From the NCBI GenBank assembly GCA_031416415.1, contig JANOTP010000283.1:1-37496 (forward strand): a stretch of DNA of 37,496 nt, given 5' to 3'. Of this stretch, positions 8,886-16,404 are shown one piece after another. Position 1 is the stretch's first letter. Every line of letters starts with the position of its first letter. The stretch comes from Cytophagales bacterium (GTDB lineage: Bacteria > Bacteroidota > Bacteroidia > Cytophagales > Cytophagaceae). The notes below the pieces were generated by a model. It was not told where the DNA came from and did not search any database. It saw only the letters and a list, made by a program, of their open reading frames with translations. The translations under genes were made by a program, and so were the position numbers.

Positions 8886-9341
8886 ATGAAAAAAATAATA
8901 TTTGTTCTTGCCTTCACAACAGGTTTGTTGTACAATCAAACTATTTCTGCCCAACATACTGAAGCACATAAGCTTGACAAACAAATTGAACTGACCATGG
9001 ATACTGCCACTCACCACATGATGGCATTTATCCTTAATCAAGATACTACAGAGTATAAATTAGCTATTTCAACTGTTGAAAAAGCCAAAGTTATGACAAA
9101 AGAATACAAAGCTATGATTGCCAAAGAAAAAGGTCTTGGTGGAAGATCAGATGCTGAAGAAGCGGCATTCCTGGTGGAAGAGATAAATATGTATTACAAG
9201 CCAAAGTTGAAAGAAACAATAATGGCTGACAAAAAGAAAATTGAAAAATATAAATACAAAGGAAAAGTATATATGGTTGGTACTAAGTCTAAAACCTATT
9301 TAGATAGCTTTAGTGAATACCTTCCTAAAAACGAGAAATAA
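8886..9341 (+). CDS. secreted hypothetical protein (151 aa)
   Basis: Signal peptide MKKIIFVLAFTTGLLYNQTISAQ. Confidence 0.55.
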   Translation: MKKIIFVLAFTTGLLYNQTISAQHTEAHKLDKQIELTMDTATHHMMAFILNQDTTEYKLAISTVEKAKVMTKEYKAMIAKEKGLGGRSDAEEAAFLVEEINMYYKPKLKETIMADKKKIEKYKYKGKVYMVGTKSKTYLDSFSEYLPKNEK

Positions 9342-9392
9342 TCTTTTTTTGAAAAAAAAGCATTTTTTCCTTGAATTTTAGAACGCATTTAT

Positions 9393-9400
9393 TACTTTTG
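9393..9400 (+). promoter_or_regulatory. -7 motif TACTTTTG ~22 nt upstream of tRNA-Gly
   Basis: TAnnTTTG match at the expected distance from the mature tRNA 5' end. Confidence 0.35.
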
Positions 9401-9421
9401 CAATCCGTTTTAGAATATAAT

Positions 9422-9494
9422 GCGAAAGTAGCTCAGTTGGTAGAGCGCGACCTTGCCAAGGTCGAGGTCGCGGGTTCGAACCCCGTCTTTCGCT
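9422..9494 (+). tRNA. tRNA-Gly (anticodon GCC)
   Basis: Cloverleaf read by hand: GCGAAAG/CTTTCGC acceptor, D-arm GCTCAGTTGGTAGAGC, anticodon loop TTGCCAA, T-arm GCGGGTTCGAACCCCGT. Confidence 0.9.
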
Positions 9495-9608
9495 CAAAAG
9501 AAAGTTATTAGTTACAAGTTATTCGTTATTAGACTATTAAACTAAAAACAATAACGCTTAACTGATAACTTTTTTTAATGCTTCTCTGATAACGATTAGG
9601 AAGTAAAT

Positions 9609-9694
9609 GCCGGGATGGTGGAACTGGTAGACACGCAGGACTTAAAATCCTGTGACCCTTAAAGTCGTGCGGGTTCGATTCCCGCTCCTGGTAC
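9609..9694 (+). tRNA. tRNA-Leu (anticodon TAA), long variable arm
   Basis: GCCGGGA..TCCTGGT acceptor (two G-U pairs), anticodon arm CAGGA-CTTAAAA-TCCTG, variable hairpin, T-arm GCGGGTTCGATTCCCGC. Confidence 0.9.
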
Positions 9695-9698
9695 AATG

Positions 9699-9757
9699 CA
9701 GTCTGGAGTGTGAGTATTGAGGTTTTATTCTCAATACTCACACTCCAGACTTTTTTT
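9699..9757 (+). terminator. terminator of the tRNA pair: perfect 22-bp inverted repeat (AGTCTGGAGTGTGAGTATTGAG / CTCAATACTCACACTCCAGACT), 8-nt loop, T7
   Basis: Seen directly in sequence; unusually long perfect stem. Confidence 0.75.
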
Positions 9758-9831
9758 ATGACTTTAGTACTATGTAGGATATTTAGCCAATTGCTGGGGA
9801 AGATCACTCGAAATGAAGCAAAGCTTGGCCC

Positions 9832-10602
9832 TTAAGCCCAAACCTCCTGTATCGTTTCTCTAAACAACGCATTCAACTTTTGTGTCTCTGGGTGTGTATC
9901 TAAAATCCCAGATTTCAAATACAAAGCAAAATAATCTAATTGCTCTACAATGAATTTTTGTAGCGGTTCTATTCTTTTTTCCAAGCCTAATTCTTGTCCA
10001 GATTTCTTTTTGGCCAACAATACTTCAAGTTCTTGTAAAATAGATTTTTCTTTTACGAGTTCGTTAACTAAAATATCAAATTCCATTGGAGGAAAGGTTC
10101 CAAATTTTTCTATCCAAGCACAACATAAAAGCGGCCGAAGTACATAGAAATATTTTTTAATGCGCACCTCTTCGTTTTGCAAATAGTCTTTGTAATTGCC
10201 AGAAGCCATATGGAAATAATGGTTCAGACAAGCCTTTGGATTAAAATATTCTGTAGACAAAACCCGCAACTTTTCTGCTGTTTTATATTCTTCATGGTAT
10301 ACAATAGGACTGCGCAGCCATTCCATTAATGGAGGGTTGGATTTCCTAAACAACTTCAGCGCCTTTCGCAATTCCCAACCACTCAAGTCCAATTCGTTGG
10401 GCAACATTTCTTCCATAGAATCTTTCTGCTCATCAATAGACATATACCATTCAGGGCGCTGCACATAAATAAACCGAACATCCCAATCGCTGTTCACCGA
10501 TTCAAACCCCCAAGCACGACTGCCACTTTCAACTGCAAAAAGGATTTTTATATCTTTTCGGTTTTCGAGGTTTTTTAATTCTGATTGTATGTGGGTTTTC
10601 AT
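9832..10602 (-). CDS. Pol-beta superfamily nucleotidyltransferase (COG3541/PF10127-like predicted NTase), intact copy
   Basis: N-terminal GS..D.D motif: ILFAVESGSRAWGFESVNSDWDVRFIY; 256 aa. Confidence 0.75.
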   Translation of the reverse strand: MKTHIQSELKNLENRKDIKILFAVESGSRAWGFESVNSDWDVRFIYVQRPEWYMSIDEQKDSMEEMLPNELDLSGWELRKALKLFRKSNPPLMEWLRSPIVYHEEYKTAEKLRVLSTEYFNPKACLNHYFHMASGNYKDYLQNEEVRIKKYFYVLRPLLCCAWIEKFGTFPPMEFDILVNELVKEKSILQELEVLLAKKKSGQELGLEKRIEPLQKFIVEQLDYFALYLKSGILDTHPETQKLNALFRETIQEVWA

Positions 10603-10620
10603 TGTTTCGTTGTCAATAAA

Positions 10621-10850
10621 TTAATTTGTCTCGTCCTAAAATAAGTATTTCGCCCTTGTTGGTGCTTTTCACCAACAAGCTGTTTCTACGCAGCACTAAT
10701 GCCCTTTTCGTAAATGATTTTTTTTAATTTCGATGTTAATTTGTCTCGTCCTAAAATAAGTATTTCGCCCTTGTTGGTGCTTTTCACCAACAAGCTGTTT
10801 CTACGCAGCGCTAATGCCCTTTTCGTAAATGATTTTTTTTAATTTCGATG
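10621..10850. repeat. 115-bp direct tandem duplication (2 units) covering the flank plus the left end of the MITE-like element
   Basis: Units 10621-10735 and 10736-10850 are near-identical (ttaatttgtctcgtcctaaaataagtatttcgcccttgttggtgcttttcaccaacaagctgtttctacgcagc.ctaatgccc..). Confidence 0.85.
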
Positions 10851-10978
10851 TTAACCACGACCTACCTATTTTGTCAGAAAGAATAAGTTGAGTTTTATAA
10901 ATATTAAAAGCAAATAGATTGGTTACTTTGGAGTCACGAGCAACGCTTGTTGGTGAAAAGCACCAACAAGGGCGAAAA
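10764..10978. mobile_element. MITE-like ~215-bp element, copy 1; terminal inverted repeats are themselves hairpins (TTCGCCCTTGTTGGTGCTTTTCACCAACAAGC ... GCTTGTTGGTGAAAAGCACCAACAAGGGCGAA)
   Basis: Left and right ends are exact reverse complements; each end contains a 10-bp stem CTTGTTGGTG/CACCAACAAG; no ORF; second copy at 12918-13133. Confidence 0.6.
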
Positions 10979-10983
10979 TCGCT

Positions 10984-11259
10984 TTATAAATTATTATAGG
11001 TATTACTTTTAATTCTAAATGTAACTATTTGTTCTGCCCAAGAAATCTTTTCGGAAAAAGATTCATTTTCAAATTCAAAGTATTTTCTCTGAATTAGCTT
11101 TCCAATGTTTTCCGAAAGAATCCAATTTATGAGTTCTTTTGAATGCTCTGTCTTATCATAAAACCCTCTTATTTTATTCCTTTCAAAAAGCGCTATTTCT
11201 TCATTAACTATAAAGTTTGACAAATGTTTAATTGAAGCTTTAGATTCTGTAACCTCCAA
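10984..11259 (-). CDS. hypothetical small protein (91 aa)
   Basis: ORF only. Confidence 0.4.
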   Translation of the reverse strand: MEVTESKASIKHLSNFIVNEEIALFERNKIRGFYDKTEHSKELINWILSENIGKLIQRKYFEFENESFSEKISWAEQIVTFRIKSNTYNNL

Positions 11260-11729
11260 AGAATCAACAAATCATTAAATATAGGATAGAAATGAGCTAT
11301 TACTGCAAAATAATTCTGGAATTCGGATGCTGCTTTTTCACTTTCATCATATAACATACTTTCCCAAAGAACAATCATATATTCTTGAACCAGTTTTTGC
11401 TCCTCTTCCTTCCAATTTTTCCAACCTGCTAAGGAGAGTTTTTCAAATGCAATCCAAATTTCATAAGGACTTCTAAGTTCTGCTATAAGTTCGAATATTC
11501 TAGGCAAAAAATGTTTGTAATCCAATTCGTTGCCCCATGTCGTAATTGCTTTGCCTGTAAAACGCGATAAATCTTCGTCCGACAAATCTTTAAGTGATTT
11601 AGAAAACAATTCTTGATTCCATTTTTCCAAATCTCCATATAACGGACTTCCACTCATAGACAAATTACTATGATACTTTTCAAAGGTTTCATATAATTGA
11701 GCTATAATCTTTTCTATTTTGGAAGTCAT
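11208..11729 (-). CDS. hypothetical protein; probable start at MTSKIEKII (track ORF extends to 11768)
   Basis: ORF; the internal start removes the overlap with the upstream gene. Confidence 0.45.
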   Translation of the reverse strand: MTSKIEKIIAQLYETFEKYHSNLSMSGSPLYGDLEKWNQELFSKSLKDLSDEDLSRFTGKAITTWGNELDYKHFLPRIFELIAELRSPYEIWIAFEKLSLAGWKNWKEEEQKLVQEYMIVLWESMLYDESEKAASEFQNYFAVIAHFYPIFNDLLILWRLQNLKLQLNICQTL

Positions 11730-11752
11730 TATTAATATTGTATTGATATAGT

Positions 11753-12214
11753 TTAGGAAGGCAACCAACCTAATTCAAATTCTTTGATATAATTTTTTAG
11801 TTCTTCAACTCTGTTTATCCCATCTAAATCCATGCAAATTATTTTTAGGTTACCATGGTCTGCTGTCTCTGGTAAACAAGTTGCAAAAAAGCATTGCCAA
11901 AAAGTATCGGCTAATTTTTCATCATTGTGCCAAGTGGTCATTACTTCAATTTCATTATGATTTTCCATTGTCTCCATAACTACAATATTTTCGTCAAAAA
12001 GGTCATGAAGTTTTTCTCCGAATTGTCCGTGTCCTTTAAATTCTAAAATGTTTCTTGAAATTGATGTTCTTACAAACTTGTCAAACCTATTTGAATCAGG
12101 TTTATCGTTAGCAATTGCAAGACAAACCCAGTCATTATCGGGAAGTTCGTCCTCAAAGTTATTATAGTCTAACCAAAAAACCATTCTGTTAAAATATTTT
12201 CCTATTGGTATCAT
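11753..12214 (-). CDS. hypothetical protein (153 aa), acidic, immunity-protein-like size
   Basis: ORF only. Confidence 0.5.
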   Translation of the reverse strand: MIPIGKYFNRMVFWLDYNNFEDELPDNDWVCLAIANDKPDSNRFDKFVRTSISRNILEFKGHGQFGEKLHDLFDENIVVMETMENHNEIEVMTTWHNDEKLADTFWQCFFATCLPETADHGNLKIICMDLDGINRVEELKNYIKEFELGWLPS

Positions 12215-12466
12215 AATCTTCTTTTAAAATGCTACAATAAGGTTTAGAGCATTGCGTTCGGATGGGTTTCAAAGCAAAAATTGATAATAAGCGTTAAACT
12301 TGAATATAGAGATATAAGTTTACAAACAATCCCACCTGAAACAAAACCCGTGTTTTGTTCAGTTATTTTTTCCCTCTGACTCTTTAATTTTTTCAATTAT
12401 ATCAAGCCATGTAAGATTCTTTTCTAGAAATTTACCATATTCATCTAATAGAACTAATAATTTTAT

Positions 12467-12826
12467 TCAAATAAAGGTCAATCCATATCCAAGTTTCCAT
12501 ATTACTAATTGATCATTTACATATGGATCATTCCAAAGTGTTTTTAGTTTTTCTTGAATAATGCTTTCTTTCATTTCGTCAATTCCTTCAGCTAGTTTAA
12601 CTGTATCTCTCATTTGAATTTCTTTCATTTTATAAAGGTTTTCTCTAGCAAGTTTATCAATGATTATTGTAAAATTCTCCTCAAAATCTATAATTGCCTC
12701 AAGCTGTTCTTTTATATGTTCGATTTCGAATGGTTCTGATGTATGTGCTGCAATATTCCTTAATTTCCTATTAACGTTGAGTGCGCTATAAAATTTCGAG
12801 TCAATAAGTCGAAATGCATAAAGCAA
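12467..12826 (-). CDS. hypothetical protein (119 aa)
   Basis: ORF only. Confidence 0.45.
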   Translation of the reverse strand: MLYAFRLIDSKFYSALNVNRKLRNIAAHTSEPFEIEHIKEQLEAIIDFEENFTIIIDKLARENLYKMKEIQMRDTVKLAEGIDEMKESIIQEKLKTLWNDPYVNDQLVIWKLGYGLTFI

Positions 12827-12917
12827 TTCTATCTTACTTGATAGAGAACTTAATGTTCCTGGATAATCTAATAATTTGTTTTTATATCTTTTAGACTCAT
12901 CAGGTAGAATTAATTAT

Positions 12918-13133
12918 TTCGCACTTGTTGGTGCTTTTCACCAACAAGCTGTGTCTACGCAGCGCTAATGCCCTTTTCGTAAATGATTTTTTCTAATTTC
13001 GATTTTAACCACGACCTACCATTTTTGTCAGAAAGAATAAGTTGAGTTTTATAAATGTTGAAAGCGATTAGATTGGTTACTTTGAAGTAACGAGCAACGC
13101 TTGTTGGTGAAAAGCACCAACAAGGGCGAAAAA
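12918..13133. mobile_element. MITE-like element, copy 2 (one mismatch in the left TIR: GCAC instead of GCCC)
   Basis: ~90% identical to copy 1 across its full length, including both hairpin TIRs. Confidence 0.6.
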
Positions 13134-13136
13134 ACC

Positions 13137-13230
13137 CCCAAGCTCGGCTCCCACTTTCTACAGCATAAAGAATTTTTATATCTTTGCGGTTTTCGAGGTT
13201 TTTTAATTCTGATTGTATATGGGCTTTCAT
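13137..13230 (-). pseudogene. truncated 5' fragment (~31 codons) of a second copy of the nucleotidyltransferase gene, abutting the MITE-like element
   Basis: 13141-13233 is ~85% identical to 10508-10602 (MKAHIQSELKNLENRKDIKILYAVESGSRAWGF vs MKTHIQSELKNLENRKDIKILFAVESGSRAWGF). Homology stops exactly at the element's right end, and the 91-aa track ORF simply reads on into the repeat. Confidence 0.6.
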
Positions 13231-13349
13231 CGTTTCATATTAAATAATTAAAACCGTCTTTATACAAACCTCCAAGGTTTTGAAAACCTTGGAAGTTTCG
13301 TTGTTAACGATTCCAGCATGTCAGTTGAAAACAGCATCCAAGGAGCGAG

Positions 13350-14024
13350 CTAATAGCTAATTTTTAGAAGTTTGTCATTAACAATATATTTAATTTCGCC
13401 TGTTCCAATAATTCTAGAACCTTCTCTAAACTCAAACTCCATTCCTTCTTTCAAGCAACCCGCAAAATAGTCTGGTGATAACATTTTTATTTTTGCCTCA
13501 ACAGTGTCACCAGAGAAAACGGTTTCTTTACCAATAAAAGTTTGCTGGCCGGATGTCTGCATTTCCGTAAAATCAAACTTTAATTGTGGTCTGTATCCAT
13601 TGATTGCTGGTGTTTTTCTTCCCCCTTGTTCTGTTGTCAAGTATTGCAGTTTTGCAATAAAGTCAACCATTTTAAACTCTTCATTATAATAGCTCATAAC
13701 GCTATCAATTATTTTATCGAAGTCTGCTTGGTTACAAAATCTTATTGACGTGTCTAGAAGTTCCATTATTGAACTTCCCGCTTCTAATTGCCATGCGTTT
13801 TGTCCATTAAATTTTTTAGCATCAATTTTTTCAATTGTTAATGGCGTGCCAAAATATTCCTTTAGTTCTCTTATAAAATCTAGAATTTCTATTTGGTTAA
13901 AAGTTGGCCAATCATTCATTGCATCCAAAAACAGCGTTGCAATTTCTTTTAACTTATGTTCTTTAGTATCAATTTCAACTAACGTCCTTAGTGTCGAATT
14001 TGTTATGATATTATTACTGTCCAT
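13350..14024 (-). CDS. fusion protein: unknown N-terminal domain + C-terminal EF-Tu domain-3-like beta-barrel
   Basis: C-terminus KLQYLTTEQGGRKTPAINGYRPQLKFDFTEMQTSG...SGDTVEAKIKML..EFEFREGSRIIGTGEI aligns motif-for-motif with EF-Tu domain 3 (VYVLSKEEGGRHTPFFxGYRPQFYFRTTDVTG...PGDNxxMxVxLI..RFAIREGGRTVGAGVV). Confidence 0.65.
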   Translation of the reverse strand: MDSNNIITNSTLRTLVEIDTKEHKLKEIATLFLDAMNDWPTFNQIEILDFIRELKEYFGTPLTIEKIDAKKFNGQNAWQLEAGSSIMELLDTSIRFCNQADFDKIIDSVMSYYNEEFKMVDFIAKLQYLTTEQGGRKTPAINGYRPQLKFDFTEMQTSGQQTFIGKETVFSGDTVEAKIKMLSPDYFAGCLKEGMEFEFREGSRIIGTGEIKYIVNDKLLKISY

Positions 14025-14127
14025 TGTCTATGCCTCCTGATTATATTTGTATATGAGGAACTTATCAATCATCCCCTTCTTTGGTCTTTGGCGCCCGAAC
14101 TTTAGGTATTAGCCAGAAAAAGGACTA

Positions 14128-14487
14128 TTACGAAAGACCCTTCTGCGACGAAAGAATTGCTATAATGTGCTCAAGAAGATGAATGAATGTCGATTTTTCA
14201 AATAAGTTATTTAATCTGTCAGAAACAATGGTCTTCTCAACTACATTATTAAGTTTCCTAATAGCTCCCTCCAAATCCTCCACCAATTTAGTCCTGTCTA
14301 AATCCTTGCTTGCTGTTATAATGTCGATTGGCTCAAATGAAAAAGCCCCTATGCCGCAGCATTCCGCCATGCAAGATACTTCGAGTTTACCGAGGAAGTC
14401 GAAAGAAGTATTCAAAAGAACATCAACATCGAATAAATTTTTATCCGATGTATCCGGTTCTATCCATATAAAATTGTATTGTTCCAT
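14128..14487 (-). CDS. hypothetical protein (119 aa) with a CMAECCGIG Cys cluster
   Basis: ORF only. Confidence 0.45.
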   Translation of the reverse strand: MEQYNFIWIEPDTSDKNLFDVDVLLNTSFDFLGKLEVSCMAECCGIGAFSFEPIDIITASKDLDRTKLVEDLEGAIRKLNNVVEKTIVSDRLNNLFEKSTFIHLLEHIIAILSSQKGLS

Positions 14488-14612
14488 AGTTTCATTTTAT
14501 AAATAGTATTTTCAATCAAAATTGTAATCAAGCAATTTTTCAAAACCCTAGTATACCCTCTAACTATTTTACCTCCATAAGCGTAGTTTTTCCTATCAAA
14601 AACCACCTAATT

Positions 14613-14646
14613 AAACCACCAAGGCTTTTAATACCCTTGGTGGTTT
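14613..14646 (-). terminator. hairpin AAACCACCAAGG-N10-CCTTGGTGGTTT downstream of rtcB (probable terminator; a related copy lies at 13272-13292)
   Basis: Perfect 12-bp stem 19 nt after the rtcB stop; T5 follows ~11 nt later on the minus strand. Confidence 0.5.
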
Positions 14647-14664
14647 AATTTATCTACGAAGAAC

Positions 14665-16089
14665 CTAATCCTCCCTACTCCCATCATCGGCCATTCTTAC
14701 CATCTTCGGAATAAATTTCGCTACTACTTCGACCAAATCCGTTTGGGCTGCCATCACGGTATGGATATCTTTGTAGGCTCTTGGGGCTTCGTCTAGGCCG
14801 CCTCCAATAAGCGTTACGCCATGATCTTTCAATACCGATTTCATTTCTTCTGAGGTAATTGTTTTCTCGGCCATCGTTCTGCTCATTTGTCTCCCTGCAC
14901 CGTGCGAGGCGGAGTTCAAGGCATTTTCAACACCTTTTCCTCTTACTAGAAATCCTGGAGCAGTCATAGAACCTGGAATAATTCCCATCACGCCTTTGGC
15001 TGCTGGGGTTGCTCCTTTTCTATGAACAATCACTTCTTCGCCAAGATAGAGTTCTTTCCAAGCAAAATTATGATGGTTCTCCACTTTCGCCAATACTTGC
15101 GCACCAATTGCTTTCGTAAGTTTTTCGTGAATCACTTGATGACAAGCCGAAGCATATTCTCCTGCCAAATTCATGGCCATCCAATATTCCATTCCCTCTG
15201 CACTGTTCAAATCCATATAAGCCAATTGAGCCGCTTCTCTTGGGAGTGGACAAAGTTGTTTTGCCAATTTTGTATAATGCCCTGCGATCATAGCACCCAT
15301 TCCTCTAGAGCCCGAGTGTGTCAGCAAGGCCAAATATTTTCCTTTCGGAATATTCAATTCGACATCCGCTTTTTCTAATTCTATAATCCCCCATTCCACA
15401 AAGTGATTTCCTCCACCTGAAGAACCCAATTGCGAATAGGCTTTATCCTTCAAGGCTTTCACCATTGGATTGATTTTGAACACTTCATTTTCCAACACTT
15501 CATGATCTGCTTTGTATTGTCCATGAAACCCATGACCCGCACCAAATTTTGTATGGGCAATCAATTCTCTTTTATACTTACTTTCATTTTCAAGAAAATG
15601 ATCTGCAGAGATATCGTAGATGGACAAACACATTCTGCAACCGATATCAACACCCACACCATAAGGAATAATCGCATTTCTTGTGGCCAACACGCCACCA
15701 ATTGGAAGTCCATATCCTTGGTGCGCATCGGGCATCAAAGCTCCTGCCACTGAAACAGGCAGGCGAACGGCCATGTTCATTTGTTTTAATGCACCTTCTT
15801 CAATAAAGTCTGCTCCGTAAATTTTATAGGGTGCTGGCTCCTCTTTCAATTCAATTATTTTTTCTATTGTTCTTTCTGCTATCAGCGCTTCCGCTAAATT
15901 TTTCAATTGTGCGTTTTCTAAATAACCTTCTGGAGCCTCCACTACTTTTGACAAGATGCTTAGAATTTCTTCCTTGGAATTTTCATTACCCAATTCTACC
16001 GAGGCCTCCAAAGCTATTGCCATCACTGACGTTTGTGGGTATCCAAGTGAAATAAGTTCTGTTCCTGATATGGTTATTGTATTCATCAT
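14665..16089 (-). CDS. rtcB: RtcB family RNA 3'-phosphate/2',3'-cyclic phosphate ligase (tRNA-splicing ligase family), ~85-aa N-terminal extension
   Basis: ..LMPDAHQGYGLPIGGVLAT..GVGVDIGCRMC.. and the remaining RtcB His/Cys metal-site blocks (..NHHNF..); 474 aa. Confidence 0.9.
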   Translation of the reverse strand: MMNTITISGTELISLGYPQTSVMAIALEASVELGNENSKEEILSILSKVVEAPEGYLENAQLKNLAEALIAERTIEKIIELKEEPAPYKIYGADFIEEGALKQMNMAVRLPVSVAGALMPDAHQGYGLPIGGVLATRNAIIPYGVGVDIGCRMCLSIYDISADHFLENESKYKRELIAHTKFGAGHGFHGQYKADHEVLENEVFKINPMVKALKDKAYSQLGSSGGGNHFVEWGIIELEKADVELNIPKGKYLALLTHSGSRGMGAMIAGHYTKLAKQLCPLPREAAQLAYMDLNSAEGMEYWMAMNLAGEYASACHQVIHEKLTKAIGAQVLAKVENHHNFAWKELYLGEEVIVHRKGATPAAKGVMGIIPGSMTAPGFLVRGKGVENALNSASHGAGRQMSRTMAEKTITSEEMKSVLKDHGVTLIGGGLDEAPRAYKDIHTVMAAQTDLVEVVAKFIPKMVRMADDGSRED

Positions 16090-16142
16090 TTCGTTTTTAA
16101 ATTTACTTAAATTTTTAATCTAAGACTTTCTTTTTGCACTAA

Positions 16143-16200
16143 ATACTCAGGGCTAACTACTAACCCTCAGTAACCCCGATGGGATTCGAACCCATATTTC
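16143..16200 (-). ncRNA. candidate structured RNA element just upstream of rtcB: canonical tRNA T-arm (ATGGG-TTCGAAT-CCCAT) + acceptor-like CGGGGTT + 7-bp hairpin CTGAGGG-N11-CCCTCAG
   Basis: Exact T-loop consensus GTTCGAATC on the rtcB strand; cannot be folded into a full cloverleaf; GC-elevated ORF-free stretch 16090-16461. Confidence 0.3.
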
Positions 16201-16382
16201 TGCTGAAGCAGACAGCGGGCTGTAAATACGCTTCCCTACTTTTGTTTCCAATTTCGGTGCAACTGTAAACTTTGCTCGTTAGTCCGCGCAGGTCTAACGA
16301 GATAATCCACGCACTCCACGGTTCCGATTTTACCGCAGCTTTTCCTTTTAAGCTACAGGGTCAATTGTTGTCGTTTTAACAC

Positions 16383-16404
16383 CGCAGGCATCGGCCTGCG
16401 GTGG
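16383..16404 (-). other. GC-rich hairpin CCGCAGGC-CGAT-GCCTGCGG between the SPFH stop and the tRNA-like element (possible terminator or processing site)
   Basis: Perfect 8-bp GC stem; A8/T8 run 10 nt away. Confidence 0.35.

Noticed and set aside
9529-9807. 92-aa minus-strand ORF
   Set aside because: Overlaps tRNA-Leu and the 22-bp terminator hairpin; spurious.
10621-10850. CRISPR array
   Set aside because: Only two 115-bp direct units without unique spacers. No cas genes in the window.
12955-13230. 91-aa ORF treated as an intact gene
   Set aside because: Only the first ~31 codons are NTase-homologous. The rest is read-through into the MITE-like repeat. Annotated as a pseudogene fragment instead.
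15022-16055. Plus-strand ORFs inside rtcB (15022-15378, 15430-15753, 15831-16055)
   Set aside because: Antisense to the conserved RtcB coding sequence.
9695-16200. Integrase-type island with duplicated tRNA 3' end (attL/attR)
   Set aside because: No integrase or recombinase ORF. The downstream T-arm fragments do not match the 3' ends of tRNA-Leu or tRNA-Gly, and they lie on the opposite strand.
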